Shown: positions 58,962-64,000 of the stretch, piece after piece
Layout of the letters: every line of letters starts with the position of its first letter
How positions within the stretch are numbered: the stretch's first letter is position 1
Source of the DNA: Sulfurospirillum sp.
GTDB lineage: Bacteria > Campylobacterota > Campylobacteria > Campylobacterales > Sulfurospirillaceae
Assembly: GCA_045047115.1 (NCBI GenBank)
Contig: JASFYR010000022.1
Location: forward strand, 39,405 to 103,404
Direction of reading: 5' to 3'
Length of the DNA stretch: 64,000 nucleotides
Notes under the pieces: generated by a model
Databases searched by the model: none
What the model was told of the DNA's origin: nothing
Seen by the model: only the letters and a program-made list of their open reading frames with translations
Position numbers and translations under genes: made by a program

Positions 58962-60248
58962 ATGTTTAAATATATAGTGATAATTTTAATGTTTTTAGAG
59001 GGAGTTTTGATGAGTCAAAGTTTGAGTAGTATAGAAGTAAAAGGCATAAAAGTACCTGTGATTTTTGAAAAAGATGGACACCTGCCTATCACTTCATTGC
59101 AACTTATAGTTAAAAATAGCGGAAGCATAGAAGATGACGGTAAGCCCGGACTTGCACGCTTTACGGCCAGTATGCTAAATGAAGGGACCAAAACGCTAGG
59201 GTCCATCGGGTTTTCCAGCAGGTTGGATCAAAGAGCCATCAATCTTAGTGCAAATTCCGGTACAGAGACTTTCGTTTATGAGCTCTCTTGCCTTAAAGAA
59301 CAGTTCTCTTACGGACTGTCTATGTTAAAACAATTACTGGATAACCCAAACTTTACAGATGAGAGTTTTTCCAAAGTCAAGAGTCAAACTCTCGGATTCT
59401 TATCGAGTAAAGAAAATGATTTTGACTATATTGCAAATGTAAATTTGAAGAAGCTTATATATAAAAACAGACCAATTGAGCACCCTTTTTCAGGTGATAT
59501 CAAGAGCATAAACAGTCTAAATCTGAATGATGTGAAAAATTTTTATAACTCTCATCTAGACTTGAGCAATCTTATCATAGTTGTCGGTGGAGATATAGAC
59601 GAAAATGAGTTTAAAAAGATGATAAAGCCTCTTCTTGAGGACTTTAAAGTCGGCAAAAAACGAGAGTTAAAGTGGTTTAGTGCAAGTGGCGATGAAAAAG
59701 AGATGATAGTCAAAAAGGATACCGAGCAGGCATATATATATTTTGGAGCACCTCTTTTTGTAAAATACAATGATGAGGATGCCTATAAGTTTAAAGTGGC
59801 TAGTTTTATACTGGGTTCAAGCGGTTTTGGAAGTAGATTGATGGAAGAAGTGAGAGTTAAAAAAGGCCTGGCATATTCCGCTTATGCAAGAGGCAGTATC
59901 ACAAGGTCGCACAGTTCATTTACCGGCTATCTTCAGACAAAGACACAGAGTCTAAATGAGGCGAAAAAACTGGTAGTTAAAGTGATAGATAAGTATATAA
60001 AAGAGGGTGCAACCCCAGATGAACTGGAGCAAGCGAAAAAGTTTCTCTTGGGCAGTGAACCACTAAGAAATGAGACGCTTTCACAAAGATTAAACCAGGC
60101 TTTTATGGAGTATTATGATGGTTTCAAGTTGGGACATTCTAAAGAGATACTCAAAAAAATTGAAAAACTCTCACTTAAAGATTTGAACATTTTTATAAAA
60201 AAACACAGTGAAATCACAAAATTAAGCTTCTCAATAGTTACTAACTAA
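58962..60248 (+). CDS. M16 family peptidase-like protein (no HxxEH)
   Basis: GLARFTASMLNEGT, GFGSRLMEEVRVKKGLAYS. Confidence 0.88.
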   Translation: MFKYIVIILMFLEGVLMSQSLSSIEVKGIKVPVIFEKDGHLPITSLQLIVKNSGSIEDDGKPGLARFTASMLNEGTKTLGSIGFSSRLDQRAINLSANSGTETFVYELSCLKEQFSYGLSMLKQLLDNPNFTDESFSKVKSQTLGFLSSKENDFDYIANVNLKKLIYKNRPIEHPFSGDIKSINSLNLNDVKNFYNSHLDLSNLIIVVGGDIDENEFKKMIKPLLEDFKVGKKRELKWFSASGDEKEMIVKKDTEQAYIYFGAPLFVKYNDEDAYKFKVASFILGSSGFGSRLMEEVRVKKGLAYSAYARGSITRSHSSFTGYLQTKTQSLNEAKKLVVKVIDKYIKEGATPDELEQAKKFLLGSEPLRNETLSQRLNQAFMEYYDGFKLGHSKEILKKIEKLSLKDLNIFIKKHSEITKLSFSIVTN

Positions 60249-60250
60249 CA

Positions 60251-62062
60251 GTGAACAGTGACACAAAATATTTTAAAAAACTAGGGATTGGCAGCTTTGT
60301 AGAGTTAGCTTTGCTGATTCCAAAATCCTATGAAAACAATTTTATCTCTCAAGCGCCTCAAATAAACCAGCAAAACTGTATAGAAGTAGAAGTTTTGACA
60401 ACTCACAGGAGTCCAAAAGCCCTGAGTATCAAGTTTTTTTGTAAAACCTGGAATGAAAAGTTAAATGCTGTAGTTTTTAGACCATTGGCCTATCATGCTA
60501 AAGTTTTTAAGCCGGGAACTACTCTGCATGTAAAGGGTAAGATTATATGGAGTGGAGGCTATATGCAACTCCAACAGCCAAAAATCATCAAAGAGATAAA
60601 TAAAATATTTACAAAGTATAAAACAACTCTTCCAAATGCAGTGATGCAAAATCTTATCAAAAAATATCTAAATGAAAAAAATCTACAAAAAGAGGGATTA
60701 AAAAAAGAGGATATAGAAAATCTGCTTTTATTGCACTTCCCAACACCAAATTTTTTATATAGTTTTGTTAAAAAGGGGTATCCAAAAGAGGTGATTGGGA
60801 CATTGAAGTTTTGTGAAGTATACTCATATCTTTTAACACTTGAGAAAAAAAGTATAAAGTTTGAAGCAAAAAGCAGGCTCGATTCGCCCATGGATGATTT
60901 TGTTAAAAATTTACCCTTTAAGCTGACAAATGACCAAAGTAAAACTATAAAAGAGATACAACACGACTTCAAAGGCAAGTATGCAACAAAGAGGCTTGTG
61001 ATGGGGGATGTAGGATGTGGAAAGACTATTGTAATTTTGGCTTCTGCGCTTATGTGCTGTCCCAAAAGAGCAGTTTTGATGGTTCCTACGACTGTGTTGG
61101 CAAAGCAGATATATGAAGAAGCTATAAAATTTTTACCCTCACACGTAGAGGTAGGATTAGTAGTTCAAAATAGTAAAAAAGATGATGATTTAAGCAGATA
61201 TAATTTTATCGTAGGTACTCAAGCACTCCTGTTTAGGGAGTTGCCTCGAATCGACCTTGTGATGGTAGATGAACAGCATAGATTTGGTACAAATCAGAGA
61301 GCTAAAATATCAAACTTGGCAAAAGTTGATGATAAAAGAGCCCATTTTTTACAATTTTCAGCTACCCCGATTCCTAGAACTCTAAGTATGATGCACTCCT
61401 CTTTGGTTGATTTTTCTTATATAAAGGAGTTGCCGTTTAAAAAAGATATAGATACAAAGATCATTCATAAGCAAGATTTTGCTAAACTTCTTGGGCATAT
61501 AAAAAAAGAGATAAAAGAGGGGCATCAAACTATCGTGGTCTACCCTTTGGTGGAGGAGAGTGAAGTTATAGAGTACCAGTCGATAGAGGAGGGGAGAGGA
61601 TTTTGGGAGAGCAGGTTTGAGAAAGTCTATGTTACATTTGGCAAAGACAAAAATAAAGAAGAGATTTTAGAAGAGTTTGCTCTAAGAGGAAATATCTTGA
61701 TTTCTACTACTGTTATAGAAGTGGGTATCTCTCTTCCAAAACTCACTACGATAGTGCTGGTAGCACCAGAGAGATTGGGGCTTGCAAGTTTACATCAGCT
61801 TCGTGGCAGGGTGAGCAGAAATGGACTTAAGGGATACTGCTTCTTGTATACAAATCTAAAAGAGAGTAGAAGACTTTATGATTTTTCTAATACGGTAAGC
61901 GGGTTTGATATAGCCGAACTTGACCTAAAGTACAGAGAGGGAGGAGATATGCTCAAAGGGGTTTTTCAAAGCGGAAAAAGCTTTGAATGGTTTGATATGA
62001 GTGAAGATGAAAAGATTTTAAAAGATGCTAAAGATGATATTGGGTACAATACAAAAATATAG
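60251..62062 (+). CDS. recG: ATP-dependent DNA helicase RecG
   Basis: GDVGCGKT, VDEQHRFG, SATPIPRTL, TTVIEVG, LHQLRGRV, GFDIAELDL. Confidence 0.96.
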   Translation: MNSDTKYFKKLGIGSFVELALLIPKSYENNFISQAPQINQQNCIEVEVLTTHRSPKALSIKFFCKTWNEKLNAVVFRPLAYHAKVFKPGTTLHVKGKIIWSGGYMQLQQPKIIKEINKIFTKYKTTLPNAVMQNLIKKYLNEKNLQKEGLKKEDIENLLLLHFPTPNFLYSFVKKGYPKEVIGTLKFCEVYSYLLTLEKKSIKFEAKSRLDSPMDDFVKNLPFKLTNDQSKTIKEIQHDFKGKYATKRLVMGDVGCGKTIVILASALMCCPKRAVLMVPTTVLAKQIYEEAIKFLPSHVEVGLVVQNSKKDDDLSRYNFIVGTQALLFRELPRIDLVMVDEQHRFGTNQRAKISNLAKVDDKRAHFLQFSATPIPRTLSMMHSSLVDFSYIKELPFKKDIDTKIIHKQDFAKLLGHIKKEIKEGHQTIVVYPLVEESEVIEYQSIEEGRGFWESRFEKVYVTFGKDKNKEEILEEFALRGNILISTTVIEVGISLPKLTTIVLVAPERLGLASLHQLRGRVSRNGLKGYCFLYTNLKESRRLYDFSNTVSGFDIAELDLKYREGGDMLKGVFQSGKSFEWFDMSEDEKILKDAKDDIGYNTKI

Positions 62063-62081
62063 TTAAAAGAGGAGAGTAGAT

Positions 62082-62591
62082 ATGGCAAGACCAACGCCAA
62101 CATCGAGTCGATATGACTTAAGGGAAAATGATTTTATCGTCTCAAAGACGGACTTAAAAGGTAAAATAACATATTGCAATCAAATCTTTATGCAACTCGC
62201 AAAATACAGTGAAGAAGAGCTTATCGGAGCACCTCACAATATCATAAGGCATCCGGATATGCCTCGTGTTGTATTTAAACTGTTGTGGGATAGAATACAA
62301 AACAAAGAGGAGATATTTGCCTTTGTAAAAAACCTCTCAAAAGATGGCGGGTATTATTGGGTTTATGCAAATGTAACACCTTCGCTTGATACAAGCAGAA
62401 ATCTTATCGGGTACTATTCAGTCAGGAGAAGGCCTAATGCAGAGGGTATAAAAGTCTGTGAAGATTTATATGCCAAGCTCTTGCAAGAAGAGAGCAGGGG
62501 CGGTATGGATGCATCAAATAGATATTTAAATAATTTACTAAAAGAAAAAGGTGTTAGTTATGATGAACTAGTCACTTCATTGCAAGGATAA
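62082..62591 (+). CDS. Stand-alone Aer-type PAS protein (CetB-like)
   Basis: [43 protein letters not shown]. Confidence 0.9.
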   Translation: MARPTPTSSRYDLRENDFIVSKTDLKGKITYCNQIFMQLAKYSEEELIGAPHNIIRHPDMPRVVFKLLWDRIQNKEEIFAFVKNLSKDGGYYWVYANVTPSLDTSRNLIGYYSVRRRPNAEGIKVCEDLYAKLLQEESRGGMDASNRYLNNLLKEKGVSYDELVTSLQG

Positions 62592-62595
62592 AAGG

Positions 62596-63882
62596 ATGTT
62601 TTGCAGCAAAAAGAAAAAATCAAATTTGATAGACAAAATTAATACAGTAGTTTTAAAAGCCGCAAATGGTGATCTTGAAGACAGGATAATTCATATAGAT
62701 ATGAAAGATCCACTTGCGAAAACTGCATGGGGTATCAATGATCTGCTTGATCAGCTAGAAGCCTATATGAGAGATGCCAACACTGCAGTAGAGTTTGCCG
62801 GAAAAGGAGAAAGTTTCAGGAAAATGTATCCCGCGGGTTTGAAGGGGCTTTTTAATACATCAAGTAAAAATATATCTAAAGGAGTAGAGGGGATATTGAT
62901 CGCAGGAAAAGAGAAGCTTAGGGCTGAAATGAGTAAGAAGTTTGGCAGTTTAAACGGAGGAATAAGTACTTCATTTGAAATTTTACAATCTGATATGCAA
63001 GAAGTTATCAAGGTGGTTTTACAGATAAGCAGTATGTCAGAAAATACAGCTGTAAAGTCAAATGAGAGCCTGCAGATTACGCAAGAGATTTCAGAAAAGC
63101 TAAATACTCTTATAGAATTAATCGCAAATATATCTGAAGCTATAAATTCACTTGGAAGTAGAACAGAAGAGATAAGCTCAGTAGTTAATCTTATAAAAGA
63201 TATAGCAGACCAAACAAACCTTCTGGCACTAAATGCAGCCATAGAAGCAGCGCGTGCAGGTGAGCATGGAAGGGGTTTTGCGGTTGTTGCCGATGAAGTT
63301 AGAAAATTAGCAGAGCGTACACAAAAGGCAACTTCCGAGATAGCTATAACTATACAAACACTTCAGCAAGAGACACAAGATATCCATGTAAATGCCAACG
63401 AGATAAATGATATAGCAGCAGATTCGGGTGAAGCAGTTGAGGGCTTTAAAGCTACATTGCAGGACCTTAGCAAAAATGCAAATGAGACATCAAAAGCGTC
63501 AAAATATACCGAGGATAAAAGTTTTTCAACGCTTGTAAAGATAGATCACATTATATATAAATCAAAAGCTTATTCATCTGTGCTAAAAGAGAAAGTCAAT
63601 GAAATAAACAGTGTTGATACAAACAGTTGTAGACTAGGGAAGTGGTATAATGAAAAAGGAAAAGAACTCTTTGGATATACAAATGCTTATAAAATCCTAG
63701 ATATTCCTCATCAAAATGTTCATAATTTGGTGATTGAAAATATGCAAGAGTTAGATAAAAATGGCTTGATTGAGCAAAATGCTGATTTTTATCTTGAAAA
63801 TTTTAAAAATATGGAAGAAAACAGCTCGAAGGTATTTGAACTTTTGGATAAAATGGTTAGGGAGAAAAGCGAGAGAAAGTAG
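62596..63882 (+). CDS. Methyl-accepting chemotaxis protein (CetA-like) with C-terminal CZB domain
   Basis: GDLEDRI HAMP-like segment, [30 protein letters not shown] residues DHIIYK...CRLGKWY...H..VH. Confidence 0.92.
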   Translation: MFCSKKKKSNLIDKINTVVLKAANGDLEDRIIHIDMKDPLAKTAWGINDLLDQLEAYMRDANTAVEFAGKGESFRKMYPAGLKGLFNTSSKNISKGVEGILIAGKEKLRAEMSKKFGSLNGGISTSFEILQSDMQEVIKVVLQISSMSENTAVKSNESLQITQEISEKLNTLIELIANISEAINSLGSRTEEISSVVNLIKDIADQTNLLALNAAIEAARAGEHGRGFAVVADEVRKLAERTQKATSEIAITIQTLQQETQDIHVNANEINDIAADSGEAVEGFKATLQDLSKNANETSKASKYTEDKSFSTLVKIDHIIYKSKAYSSVLKEKVNEINSVDTNSCRLGKWYNEKGKELFGYTNAYKILDIPHQNVHNLVIENMQELDKNGLIEQNADFYLENFKNMEENSSKVFELLDKMVREKSERK

Positions 63883-63892
63883 TTTCTCTCGC
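63869..63892. terminator. Hairpin overlapping MCP stop codon
   Basis: GCGAGAGAAA-GTAG-TTTCTCTCGC 10-bp perfect stem; TTTT follows on the minus strand. Confidence 0.6.
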
Positions 63893-63901
63893 AAAAATTT
63901 T

Positions 63902-64000
63902 GGTAGCGTTTAATAATCTGTGTCAGCATCAAGTAATTCCTAAAATTATATCATAAATCTAAAGCTTTATCTAATCTTCCCTTAAAGTGGATAGCTAATT
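63902..64000 (-). mobile_element. End of an IS256-family insertion sequence (transposase C-terminus at 63951-64000 plus terminal inverted repeat)
   Basis: Minus strand encodes LAIHFKGRLDKALDL*, resembling IS256 transposase ends (QLAIxFEGRL); GGTAGCGTTTAATAATCTGTGTCA resembles IS256 termini; only 99 nt visible. Confidence 0.7.

Noticed and set aside
58962..60248. M16 peptidase lacking HxxEH
   Set aside because: Non-catalytic M16B subunits are common, and the mqnC-M16-recG order is ordinary in this lineage.

Overview
AT-rich, gene-dense chromosomal segment of a free-living Campylobacterota (epsilonproteobacterial) bacterium. This is inferred from the napAGHBF-x-LD order, bioV, mqnC, the PEB4-fba pair, the nadE-lpxK-thrC-kdsB and tgt-aroB-mtaB neighbourhoods, and TGnTATAAT promoters. 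Most of the window is housekeeping: nap nitrate reductase, trmA, ilvA, pfkA, argB, hisD, nth, recG, lutABC and others. Accessory or unexplained elements worth attention: (1) a Cyc2-type fused monoheme cytochrome-porin (32282-33502) divergent from an OmpR/CusRS-like two-component pair; (2) a translationally coupled three-gene operon of an ABM/LsrG-fold protein, a class II aldolase and LsrK (54822-57846), suggesting a non-canonical AI-2/DPD salvage route with no lsrF, lsrR or transporter at the locus; (3) a c-di-GMP cluster with a heme-c HD-GYP hybrid and an exported rhodanese paired with a membrane PAS-EAL phosphodiesterase; (4) three copies of a REP-like GAGACCAC...GTGGTCTC palindrome and an 89-nt leader hairpin; (5) an apparent ATC start codon for argB; (6) an extra small gene inside the nap operon; (7) the end of an IS256-family element at the right edge. 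No rRNA, tRNA or CRISPR array was recognised. All family calls come from motif recognition by eye; no database search was run.
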